64,000 bases of DNA from Histomonas meleagridis 2922-C6/04-290x (taxonomy: Eukaryota > Protista > Parabasalia): NCBI GenBank assembly GCA_020184695.1, contig JAANOX010000052.1, forward strand, positions 124,001-188,000, given 5' to 3'. The notes below the pieces were generated by a model that worked only from the letters and a program-made list of their open reading frames with translations, was not told the origin of the DNA and did no database searches. Position 1 is the first letter of the stretch; each line of letters starts with the position of its first letter. Shown here piece after piece: positions 53,398 through 64,000 of this stretch. The position numbers were made by a program, and so were the translations under genes.

Positions 53398-55635
53398 ATG
53401 ACAAAAGACTTTCGGGAGAATTTCGATGAGTTCTGCCGGATGTTCAACGAAGAAAAGAGTACCATTGTACCACTCCTTTCAGTAAACTCAAAAGCTGCTA
53501 CTGAAATGCAAGAAAATGGAAAATATTTAATTAAAATATTATGGTTACTTTCAAGAATATATTATTTAACCCAGATAGATAAATGTTTTACTATCGAACA
53601 ATTAACACTTCCACTTCGTGAGTTTAAACCATTAACTATAGCTTCATCTTTACGATTATTTTCAAGACCTAATCATAAAGATAGATTTGGAAACATGATA
53701 AACTTCCTTGTTAATAATCCGGAAGTGTTAGCTCAGATCACTTATTTTATGATGTTAAGAACAGAACCAATCAAAAGCATTAAAGATGAAAATGTGATAT
53801 TTCAAATGACAGAAGATGATATTTGTTTCTTTTGTTTTTCAACATTTCCATCTATGTTTCTTTATTTTCTTACAGAAGATGATCAAATGAATGCAATTAA
53901 TTATATTTCAAATCTTTTTAAATTACATTTCTTTTTACATGGGCATCGTTTTGGTAGGCCTCATGCATTTCTGAAAGATATTGTATTTAGTTATTTTGTC
54001 TCAACAAATCCCGGAATGTTTTTCTTAAATTCTATTAATCCTGCTATCACAAGGTTTTTTTCATATGCAGAAGATCGCGCATTAAAATATGTTAAAAGAG
54101 ATAATCGTTTAGAGCGTTATCAATATTGGAATCAAGTTGCACAATTTTGTCAAAAGATTGTTCAAAGAATGATAAGTGGAATTCCATTACTTCCAACGTC
54201 AGCTCGTCGTCTTGTTACAGCACTTCTTGAACTTGATCCAACATATGATGAATTCAAATATATCATTATAGTTGAAACATTTATTTGTCGATATATTACA
54301 TCATACATTGATGCTCAAGATCCAATTCTTATGAAAGATGCTGCACAATATCTTCTTTGTTGCTGTCCGATGGATAACCCATTCAAAAACCGCATCAAAG
54401 ACATAATTCAATCGAATTCGATCGACTTCAAACCGTTATTTGATGCATTAATTCTTAAGAAAACGGTCTCCGACGGTTTATCCGATGCGATTGATATTGC
54501 AGGTCGATTTACACTTATTACACCACGAGATTTAACATTACTTATACGTGGTGTTCGACATTTTCAAGAGTATGTTGGGCCTGATAATCAAAATGTCTTA
54601 AGTGGTATATTAAATGGAATTGATGAACCAAAAGAAGCTAATGATACAGTTGCAATACTTCTTCGAGTTCTTCCACGTGATTCCACATTAGATAATGTTC
54701 AACTTAAGCCCATGCAACCATATGAAGAAATGGTTGATTTATTAAATCTTATAGATCTTAACAACTCCGATTATAACACACCAGAAGAGCTTCAGTCCAT
54801 CATGACCACCAATTGTTCCCTCTTTATGACTCCCTTAACACGTCAGAAGATATCGATTGAAGTTCTCTCTGATTGTTCACGTATTCTTTCCAACACCACT
54901 GAAAACCGCCGTACATTATCCATATTATCCGAGCGTCTTTCCACCGCATTATTTGTTGTGAGTAATGAAACCAATCATCGTCGGACACATTTATCCACAT
55001 TAATTGAGATCATAACTAAGCGTAAGATCATTCCATCATTAATAGATGAATATCCCTATGAATTTATCTACAATTACGAAGACATATTTTCACCATTAGC
55101 ATCATATACACGTCTTATTGAAACGGCATCGAAACGAATCGAATCTTTAAACCTTATGAAAGAGAACCAAGTTGTATTACAGCGAAGTTTCTTCATTAAC
55201 TTTGTAGATCAAATTGACATTGCGTTTTCATTCCAATCGAAAGTTAAAACAGAGCGAATTCCGAAGATATTATCAAGTTATTGTCAATCACATTCCGAAG
55301 TTGCGAATGAAGCAGATGCACATCGACAAGCGATCATTGGCGAGTCATCAATCGAGTTACAATATATCAAAAACACGCACCGAATAAGTTATAACTTGAA
55401 AATTGCATTGAGGGCACTCCGTAAGTTGTCGATCTTTAACGACGAAATGATTGCGCTCGCAATTGCGATCTCGGGAAACGCGCAGATATTCGGCTTCGTG
55501 TACTTCCTGAACTCGTATCTGAGGGATAAGAGAATTAAGGACGTGCTGATGAACGAGCAGGAGCAGGCAATGATAGAGAAGTTTAGGAAGGCAACGCAAA
55601 TGCTGCACGCACTGACGGAGGAAAAACAGAGCTGA
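53398..55635 (+). CDS. Hypothetical protein, possible RasGAP-like fold (GAPVD1-like)
   Basis: Long ORF from ATG 53398; helical central region loosely resembling RasGAP. The domain call is weak. Confidence 0.6.
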   Translation: MTKDFRENFDEFCRMFNEEKSTIVPLLSVNSKAATEMQENGKYLIKILWLLSRIYYLTQIDKCFTIEQLTLPLREFKPLTIASSLRLFSRPNHKDRFGNMINFLVNNPEVLAQITYFMMLRTEPIKSIKDENVIFQMTEDDICFFCFSTFPSMFLYFLTEDDQMNAINYISNLFKLHFFLHGHRFGRPHAFLKDIVFSYFVSTNPGMFFLNSINPAITRFFSYAEDRALKYVKRDNRLERYQYWNQVAQFCQKIVQRMISGIPLLPTSARRLVTALLELDPTYDEFKYIIIVETFICRYITSYIDAQDPILMKDAAQYLLCCCPMDNPFKNRIKDIIQSNSIDFKPLFDALILKKTVSDGLSDAIDIAGRFTLITPRDLTLLIRGVRHFQEYVGPDNQNVLSGILNGIDEPKEANDTVAILLRVLPRDSTLDNVQLKPMQPYEEMVDLLNLIDLNNSDYNTPEELQSIMTTNCSLFMTPLTRQKISIEVLSDCSRILSNTTENRRTLSILSERLSTALFVVSNETNHRRTHLSTLIEIITKRKIIPSLIDEYPYEFIYNYEDIFSPLASYTRLIETASKRIESLNLMKENQVVLQRSFFINFVDQIDIAFSFQSKVKTERIPKILSSYCQSHSEVANEADAHRQAIIGESSIELQYIKNTHRISYNLKIALRALRKLSIFNDEMIALAIAISGNAQIFGFVYFLNSYLRDKRIKDVLMNEQEQAMIEKFRKATQMLHALTEEKQS

Positions 55636-55730
55636 AATAAGTTGAGTAAATAAATGAGTTGTGAACAAATGAGTAAAATATGTATGAAATGTGAATATGA
55701 AATAGTTTTGTTTTTTGTGGAAATGTAAAA

Positions 55731-56257
55731 GAAGTGACACACCACAAAGTAATATATGTATAAAGAAATGGTGATATTACACATTGGAATGGTAAAGAAG
55801 TGACGCACCACAATGTAATATATGTATACAGAAATGGTGATATTACACATTGGAATGGTAAAGAAGTGACGCACCACAATGTAATATATGTATACAGAAA
55901 TGGTGATATTACACATTGGAATGGTAAAGAAGTGACGCACCACAATGTAATATATGTATACAGAAATGGTGATATTACACATTGGAATGGTAAAGAAGTG
56001 ACGCACCACAATGTAATATATGTATACAGAAATGGTGATATTACACATTGGAATGGTAAAGAAGTGACGCACCACAATGTAATATATGTATACAGAAATG
56101 GTGATATTACACATTGGAATGGTAAAGAAGTGACGCACCACAATGTAATATATGTATACAGAAATGGTGATATTACACATTGGAATGGTAAAGAAGTGAC
56201 GCACCACAATGTAATATATGTATAAAGAAATGGTGATATTACTTATTGGAATGGAAG
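55731..56257. repeat. 66-bp minisatellite, 8 copies
   Basis: gaagtgac starts at 55731, 55797, 55863 ... 56193; inner copies identical, end copies variant. Confidence 0.95.
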
Positions 56258-56299
56258 GAAGTGATGCCGATGCGATTTATTTGATGATAATATATAAAA

Positions 56300-56480
56300 A
56301 TTGGAATTACTTCAAATGTTTCAATCAGCACTTATGTAAGTATCTTCAAAAGGTTATACAGAAATAGTAATATTACTACTTGGAATGGAATTCATTGTAT
56401 TGTTAAAGATATTATATATGTTTTGTTTGATATTTCAAAATAGAGCATTAGAATTATTGCATATTATTTAAAATCAATTG
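56300..56480 (+). pseudogene. Degenerate ankyrin unit relic
   Basis: tggaattacttcaaatgtttcaatcagcacttatg...aaaggttatacagaaatagtaatattac...gttaaagat...tttcaaaata. Confidence 0.65.
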
Positions 56481-56771
56481 ACACTCAATAGTTCATTAAT
56501 AAATTTAATTCGTTAATTCAACAAAACAATCAATATTATTACAAACAGTTCATGTTCTCTATACTTCATCACAAAAATTAGAAAACAATTGGTTGAATAT
56601 TTTGCCCATAAAATTGTATTATGCCATAGCATGTCCATAATATAACTGAACAAATTTCATATTTAAAACTATTCTTTGTTTGGTTAAAGGCCATTGTATT
56701 AATGAAATTATTTCGTTATACGCATACTCAAATGATTTCACAATTATATCAAAAATTCTAATAACAATTAT

Positions 56772-57970
56772 TTAAACAAGTAAATAAACAATATACAAAA
56801 CGACGATAAAGAGCAAGAACGGTATCATCAGAGACCTCTTCGACTGTATTGACGACAAAATCTTTTTGCATGTTTCGTTGCATACTTGAACTTCATTTTT
56901 TGGCGGCGGGAATTCCACTCTCCATAGAGCTCTTGGCAATGAATTTCTTGTTTCGTCTGACAGTTTAATTTTCCCTTTCAACAATTTCTTATTCATTACC
57001 ATTAATTGCTTTATCAAATATTTCATATTTGTTGTTATTAAGCCATTTTTATGCATCTCAACCAACAAATTATTTGATGCAGCAACGCAATAAGCTATGG
57101 GTTAGTTGTATAATACAAAAACGAAATACTTTCCGCGTATTTCGTTTTATTAAAAAACATACGGTGTAATGATATCCATGTAGAAATACACGATAAAAAC
57201 CCGACGTGATGTGAAAGAATATCTTCAATGAACTTTAACGCCGTTTTACGTCCTTTGTTAGATTCCATAGAACAATATGGAAGCATACGTCGGAATAATA
57301 AATGTGCAGCAGAACTGTTGACAATGAGTGGCGACATTTTGTACAATATGATATTTGATAATGAGTTTAAATGAAGTTTGCTTTGACAAAATGCAAGACA
57401 AAAAACTAACTCAAACTCATCAGATGTAAATGGAGGACTCGAAGTGGGCTCAAAATATGATAAACATTGACTAAATAGAAGAAGTACTGACTTGCAATCT
57501 ATAGAATTGGTTAGAGGTAGAGGATGAAAAAGATGTTTGTGGATGTATTTCATGACAATTTGAGGATCTGTGGGAAGACATTGGCACAAACACCAAACAA
57601 TTATTAAGATGGGTGGATTGGATGACGCCTTATCTAAAAGGTTGGGATCTTGCTTAAGAGAAATGGATAGAAGGGAAAGAATAGGAATGTTATCAAATTG
57701 TAGACTTGATAAATTTTGAATTGATTGAATAGATTTTGCTTTGAATTCTGGTGTATCACTGATAAGATCAGCTTCAAGAAGTAAATCAAATGGTAGAGAT
57801 TTTTTTGGGAAATCTGAAAAACTTTGAAATGATTGAAAGTAAAAATTTTCTGATTCATAATTATCTTCTACGTCATCTTTCATCCATTCAAGATTAGGAG
57901 TAATTGATCCACAAGAGTTTCTGATTGCGATCAGCCACGATTCAAGATCTAAGCTCATTTGGTTTTTCAT
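56772..57970 (-). CDS. Spliced gene (387 aa), C-terminal TM, TMEM214-like; exons 57970-57130 and 57094-56772
   Basis: Removing the 35-nt intron joins the two track ORFs in frame (YAE-TYCVAASNNLLVEMH); 1164 nt in total. TMEM214 similarity is weak inference. Confidence 0.8.
57095..57129 (-). other. Canonical spliceosomal intron, 35 nt
   Basis: GTATTTCGTTTTTGTATTATACAACTAACCCATAG: GT donor and fused branch/acceptor ACTAAC-CCA-TAG typical of trichomonad introns; restores the frame. Confidence 0.9.
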
Positions 57971-58239
57971 TTGAATATTTTACAAAAAAGAGGAAAAGTG
58001 TATTTTCTTTTCTTATAACCGCATGTTTTCTTAACTTTATCAACTTTTATAAAAGTTGAATGCATTCAAAAAGTTCAATTATAGTCAAGCATCACTTAAA
58101 AAAAAACATGAGAAATCTTGATGTTTTCCATATAGAATATTAAAAAAAAAGTAAAATACATTGAAAATTTTCCTAAGGTTTATTTCATTAATAATCTTTT
58201 GAGAATTTATGAAATCTCCTTATAAATTGTTCATTTTTA

Positions 58240-60319
58240 TTATAAGGATTTAGATTTAATTAAATTAACGATATCTTGAGAATTATTATTGGTTGCAATT
58301 GTAAGTGCTGTTTTAAATATTTTAAATAATTTCCAAATATTATTTTGAAATATAAAATTATTAAAATAAATTTTAAATAAAACGAATAAATACTTTGTAC
58401 ATTGATATCAATTCCATCTTTTTCAAGAAGTAATTTAACTATTTCTGTATGACCATAATAAGATGCACACATAAGTGCTGTCCAAAATATTTTAAATAAT
58501 TTCCAAATATTATTTTGAAATACGAGATGATTAAAATTAATTTCAAATACAATGATAAAATATCTTTCGCATTAATATCAATTCCTTTTTGTTCAAGAAG
58601 TAATTTAACAATTTCTATGTTATCATTATTAGATGCAATTATAAGTGGCGTATAAAATAATTTATATGATTTCCAAATATTATAATGAAAAACTAAATAA
58701 AATTAATGAACATTATCTTTAACATTAAGATCAATTCCTTCATGTTCAAGAAGTAATTTAACAATTTCAGTAAAACTATTTTCAACTGCTGTGAGAAGTG
58801 CTGTCGTGGATAATACGAATAAATTTCATATATTGTTTTGAAATACTAAATTATCAAAATAAATTGCAAACATTACAAATAAATGCTTTGTACGTTTACA
58901 TCAATTCCTTCTTGTTCAAGAAGTATTTGAACAATTTCTGTAAAACCATATTCAGATGCAAGCATAAGCGCTGTATAAAACAATTTAAACTATTTCCAAA
59001 TATTAATTTGATATCCAAAATTAATAAAATTTATTTTATATAAAACAAATAAATATCTTTTATATTAATATCAATTCCTTTTTGTGTAAGAAGTAATTTT
59101 ACCATATTTAAATGAGCTTTTCGAGACGCCGCCATAAGTGCTGTATAATATGTTTAAAATAATTTCCAAATATTACGATGAAATATCAAATGATTTAAAG
59201 ATTTGTTCCTTTGAGTATTGATATCAATTCCTTTTTGTTCAAGAAGTAATTGAACAATTTCTATGTAATTTTGTGTTGATGCAATTATAAGTGCTGTATT
59301 AAATATAACAAATATTTCCCATTTATAATATTGAATCATCAATTTATTAATATAATTTTCATTTTGTGCATTGATATCAATTCCTTCTTGTTCAAGAATA
59401 TATTTAACAAGTTCAATGTTCCCTGATTCTGTTGATGATACAAAAATATCCAATGGAAGTGAATTTTCTTTCTGAAAATGTTGAACAAGATATAAATTAC
59501 CATTTCTTGCTGCTTCGTTAATAATATTTTCATCAATTTTCATTCCTTTCCCTTGTAAATATGTAAAGATGTCATAATTCACATTCTTAACACATAAACA
59601 TCCCAAATAATTAATATTAAAGCTGTTTTCTTCTAAGTTATTTTCATAAATATATTCAAAAATTTCATTTTTATGTAATTTAATCGCTGCTTCATATGAA
59701 CCTTCAAATGATGAATGATTTCAAGATTTCCACCTGCAACTGCATATTTACCTGTGCATTCGAGATCAGATCCATTCATAAGTAAATATTTAAAACATTG
59801 AATTGATCCAAAGAATGCTGCATAATCAATTAATGTAACTTTCTTATGATTAATGAATGAATTTCGTTCATAAAGTGATTTTGGAATTCTTTGATTATAA
59901 TCAAATCCTTCTTTTGATGATATTTCTTGAAGTTTTTCTATTTCATCTTTTCGAATTATCTTCGCTATTTTGTTTGGATTAATTCCTTCAATAATTAATT
60001 CCTTATGAAGTTCCCATTTATTTTTTGATAATTCTGAATAATTTTCCATAATTTGTTTGAATGAATAATTGTTCTTTTGCTTGTCAATTTCTTCTTGACT
60101 CATATAATGAACAAAATATGGATTTACTTTATATATTAATGCGTTAGGTTTAAGAATGTTTCGTTCAAACATCTTTGAAAGAGGATAATTATTTTCTTGA
60201 CATTTTGAAAATAAAAGTTGATGTGAAAAAACATCAAATATTTTGGATTGAATTTGTTTAGTTTCTTCAAATAGTTCAATTTCATTTAGAAAACTTAAAT
60301 AAATATCAAAATCTTTCAT
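58240..60319 (-). pseudogene. Ankyrin gene B: DUF3447-type domain + 7 spacer-interrupted ankyrin repeats; 22-nt frameshifting deletion near 59711
   Basis: ATG 60319 (MKDFDIY). Cores start at 59297, 59144, 58974, 58804, 58651, 58481, 58311. Stop at 58240-58242. Confidence 0.7.
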
Positions 60320-60640
60320 TGGATCAATAAGAAAGAAATATTTAAATTGAATAATAACTTGATTAAATGAAAATGGATAGAATTGATTGTGCAGATTGTG
60401 AAACATTTTCTTTATTTAAGTTAAATATTATTTGTTGGATTGATTTAATCATTTCCATTTTGTTCATTTTTGGATTTTAATTTTTTATTGTTTACATAAA
60501 AGTGGGAAATGAACTTGAATTAAAATTTGACATAACAAACATAGTTAAAATATGAAAAATTAAATTACAAAAAAAATTGTTTTGATTTTTTTTTTTTGTT
60601 TATTTATGAAAATAAAAAATTAAAATTAAAAATATATTTT

Positions 60641-61798
60641 TTATTCCAAAACATTTATTGTGTTATGTATCATATCAATTTTACATTTATATAAATTATT
60701 TTCGTTTCCTTCAATTAAAAGAGAATTTAATTCATTTTCATTAATCCATTGAATAATTCCTAAAATTTCATCGATTTTCATATTAATTTTAGTGTCATTA
60801 TGAATTATTGATTGCAATGCTCGTTGTGCTGCATTATGTTGAAGTTCTTGATATAACTTTGGCGTAACTTTCTTGATTTCGAATTCGTTAGAAAATATTT
60901 GAAACGTTTCGCAAATTTCTTGCATGTCATTGTGTTTTTCCATTGATATCGCAAGTCGACGTAATGAATTATGACGAACATTTAATAAAAGTTTAAATAT
61001 AATTTCTTTTCGTTCTTTGTCTTTATCTTTGTTATTGTCATTGATAATTGGTGATGAAAGAATTGAAATAAGCGAAAGTTCTTGTATTTTCTCAATTAGA
61101 AATTCTTCATGTTTTTCAAGTGGCGATGTGAATGTCGATAAAAATACGCTTAATTCACCCAAATATTTTTTTGATTCTTCAAAATATAAAAATTCTTTAT
61201 TAGTGGAATAACTTTTAAAAAGTGTATCAATCATTAATAATTCTGTTTGAATATTAATATCAAATATTTCAAGCGATTTTTCAAGTTTTGAATTAAGTAC
61301 TTCAAGGAATTTAGATGATGAATATTCTAACGCAATATCATAACTTAAATTTAAAAGTTGATAATAAAATACAATATATTCTTTATATTCTTGAAGTATA
61401 GTTAATATACTTTCAACAGTACAAATAAGATAATTAATTGATGGCGTTAGAAAAAATGTTATTTTAATGAGTTTCTTGCTTTCACCAAGAACAATTTGAT
61501 CATCTGAAATACGCATTCGACAATTTTGAACATGTTCTAGAAAAAGTTTTGGAACAAGATCTTTTTCTTGACTTGTCGATAATTGAATCATTTTACTGAA
61601 TAATTTCGGAAATACTTTAAGACTTTTAATAGAGATTTTTAATGAAATATCAACAACTTCTTGAAAATGAAAATCCCACTCAAAAACATCTGGGTCGTTA
61701 AAATATTCTTCAATTTCGCGAACTGATTCTTGTAACATATTAGCTTTTAATAACCAATTAAGATGATTTCCAAGTGTTTCATATTTTGGTCGTTTCAT
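60641..61798 (-). CDS. Hypothetical helical protein, 385 aa (full-length copy)
   Basis: Intact ORF; 5' two-thirds duplicated at 3532-4270. Confidence 0.7.
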   Translation of the reverse strand: MKRPKYETLGNHLNWLLKANMLQESVREIEEYFNDPDVFEWDFHFQEVVDISLKISIKSLKVFPKLFSKMIQLSTSQEKDLVPKLFLEHVQNCRMRISDDQIVLGESKKLIKITFFLTPSINYLICTVESILTILQEYKEYIVFYYQLLNLSYDIALEYSSSKFLEVLNSKLEKSLEIFDINIQTELLMIDTLFKSYSTNKEFLYFEESKKYLGELSVFLSTFTSPLEKHEEFLIEKIQELSLISILSSPIINDNNKDKDKERKEIIFKLLLNVRHNSLRRLAISMEKHNDMQEICETFQIFSNEFEIKKVTPKLYQELQHNAAQRALQSIIHNDTKINMKIDEILGIIQWINENELNSLLIEGNENNLYKCKIDMIHNTINVLE

Positions 61799-62463
61799 TT
61801 TTTTTTTTAATTTTTGAAATTATTTATTAAACGTTGTGATCAGGGCACCCCAACAAACAAACAATGGGAAATATTGATCATAATAAAAAAGGATTTAAAA
61901 AGAAAAGTAATCAAGCAAATCATCATGGATATTCACAAAGGAGAAATCAACAAAATCAACGAAGTTTTCAACCTGAAACAAATACTTGGCGTTTTGAACA
62001 AGACACAAATAATAGAAACTTAGAATTACTTCATTCAACGATTTCTAATTGTACACGCCAATTACTATTTACCAAAGAAATAGTTGAAACGAAGGACGAA
62101 CTTAACCAAGATTTTTCAGAAGTTCTTCGAGAACTTTCATTCGAAGATCAACTTTCAAATGATTTTTTAGTTCCTGTTCCAACACTTGAATCAGAAATTA
62201 ATCAATCTTTTTCAACGTCAAAACAAACACAAGAAATAAACACTCAACAAGAAGAAATTAAACAAGAAAAAAGTCTTGATGAATGGCTTGATAATCTTCT
62301 TGGATAAAATATTTGTTGTTAATCATATTTTTATATTTAATTATTCATGAATAAAATATTTCTTCAGAATTTTTTATTATTATTATTATTAAATAATAAT
62401 ATGCACATATAAATTTAAATCGTTATTCAATTTATTTATATGAATTTCCAGTATCACTATCAA
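61085..62463. repeat. Right arm of inverted segmental duplication (partner 2860-4270)
   Basis: Reverse-complement near-identity; see left arm. Confidence 0.95.
61864..62307 (+). CDS. Hypothetical protein, 147 aa (copy of 3025-3468)
   Basis: ATG ORF conserved in both arms. Confidence 0.6.
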   Translation: MGNIDHNKKGFKKKSNQANHHGYSQRRNQQNQRSFQPETNTWRFEQDTNNRNLELLHSTISNCTRQLLFTKEIVETKDELNQDFSEVLRELSFEDQLSNDFLVPVPTLESEINQSFSTSKQTQEINTQQEEIKQEKSLDEWLDNLLG

Positions 62464-64000
62464 TTCCTTCTTGTTCAAGAAGTATTTTAACTATTTCTGT
62501 ATGTCCATTTTCAGATGCTCTAATAAGTGCTGTCTGAAATAATTTAAATTATTTTTAAATATTATTTTGAAATATCAAATTATTAAAATAAATATTAAAT
62601 AAAACAAATAGATATCTTTAGCATTAATATCAATTCCTTCTTGTTCAAGAAGTATTTTAACTATTTCTGTATGACCTTTTAAAGATGCGTACATAAGTGC
62701 TGTTCTAAATAATTTTAATAATTTCCAAATATTATATTGAAATATAAAATTATTAAAATAAATATTATCTTTAGCATTAATATCAATTCCTTCTTGTTCA
62801 AGAAGTATTTTAACTATTTCTGTATGACCATTCCAAGATGCTTTAATAAGTGCTGTTTCAAATAATTTAAATTATTTCCAAATATTATATTGAAATATAA
62901 AATTATTAAAATAAATATTATCTTTAGCATTAATATCAATTCCTTCTTGTTCAAGAAGTATTTTAACTATTTCTGTATGACCATTTAAAGATGCAAACAT
63001 AAGTGCTGTTCTGAATAATTTAAATAATTTCCAAATATTATATTGAAATATAAAATTATTAAAATAAATATTATCTTTAGCATTAATATCAATCCCTTCT
63101 TGTTCAAGAAGTAATATAACTATTTCTGTATAATCATACCAAGATGCTACAATAAGTGGTGTTCTAAATAATTTAAATTATTTCCAAATATTATTTTGAA
63201 ATATCAAATTATTAAAATAAATATCATCAATAACATTAATATCAATTCCTTTTTGTTCAAGAAGTAATTTAACGATATCTGTATAACCTTTTAAAGATGC
63301 TACAATAAGTGCTGTTTCAAATAATTTAAATTATTTCTAAATATTATTTTGAAATGCCAAATTATTAAAATAAATTTTATCTATAACACTAATATCAATT
63401 CCTTTTTGTTCAAGAAGTATTTTAACTATTTCTGTATAACCTTTTTCAGATGCCCATATAAGTGCTGTTCTAAATAATTTAAATTATTTCCATATATTAT
63501 TTTGAAATTCTATATTATTAAAATAAATATAAAATTAAACGAATAAATTTTATCTATAACATTAATATCAATTCCTTCTTGTTCAAGAAGTATTTTAACT
63601 ATTTCTGTATGACCATTCCAAGATGCTTCAATAAGTGCTGTTTCAAATAATTTAAATTATTTCCAAATATTATTTTGAAATATCAAATTATTAAAATAAA
63701 TATTATCTTTAGCATTAACATCAATTCCTTTTTGTTCAAGAAGTATTTTAACTATTTCTGTATAACCTTTTTGTGATGCGTACATAAGTGCTGTTCTAAA
63801 TAATTTTAATAATTTCCAAATATTATTTTGAAATTCTATATTATCAAAATAAATATCATCAATAACATTAATATCAATTCCTTCTTGTTCAAGAAGTATT
63901 TTAACTATTTCTGTATAACCTTTTTGTGATGCGTACATAAGTGCTGTTCTAAATAATTTTAATAATTTCCAAATATTATATTGAAATATAAAATTATTAA
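62432..64000 (-). CDS. Ankyrin gene C, 3' part only: 10 spacer-interrupted repeats; 5' end outside the window
   Basis: Cores start at 63947, 63794, 63641, 63468, 63315, 63162, 63009, 62856, 62703, 62533. Same C-terminus IDSDTGNSYK* (TAA 62432-62434) as gene A. Confidence 0.7.

Noticed and set aside
55389-56225. Long ORFs (272, 208, 141 aa) over the 66-bp array; similarly 46995-47219 and 14911-15114
   Set aside because: Products of repeat periodicity or microsatellite, with no start context or domain.
2860-62463. Giant transposon (Maverick/Polinton or Starship-like) defined by the large inverted repeats
   Set aside because: No integrase, polymerase B, capsid or recombinase inside; the interior is conserved housekeeping genes and the arms are genic.

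Overview
AT-rich eukaryotic DNA, most consistent with a parabasalid protist (Tritrichomonas/Histomonas-like). Support: almost intron-free genes, TAAA overlapping stop codons, Inr/AAAGTGAC-type promoter motifs, DUF3447-type ankyrin genes, and one canonical 35-nt GT-AG intron ending in ACTAAC-N3-TAG. The interior (~4.3-58 kb) is a dense housekeeping block: BEACH protein, Misato, TMEM181-like, RPL37, TBC RabGAP, LRR, EF-hand, SCP phosphatase, Rab, thioredoxin-fold ER protein, Sar1, ACAP-like ArfGAP, RBBP5-like, capping-enzyme-like, ECM29-like, STPG-like and CK1. It also holds an intact Merlin transposon nested in a second inverted-repeat element. The window is bracketed by an inverted duplication carrying ankyrin-gene arrays. 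The standout observation: in three ankyrin genes, every one of 29 repeats is an exactly 90-nt, stop-free coding core plus a 63/80/83-nt AT-rich, hairpin-forming spacer. 20 of 29 spacers carry in-frame stops or frameshifts, and there are no conserved GT/AG or branch signals. This suggests non-canonical introns or another skipping mechanism. It is an inference from DNA only and needs RNA data. Two apparent pseudoenzymes (an ecto-ART fold and a capping enzyme) are also noted.
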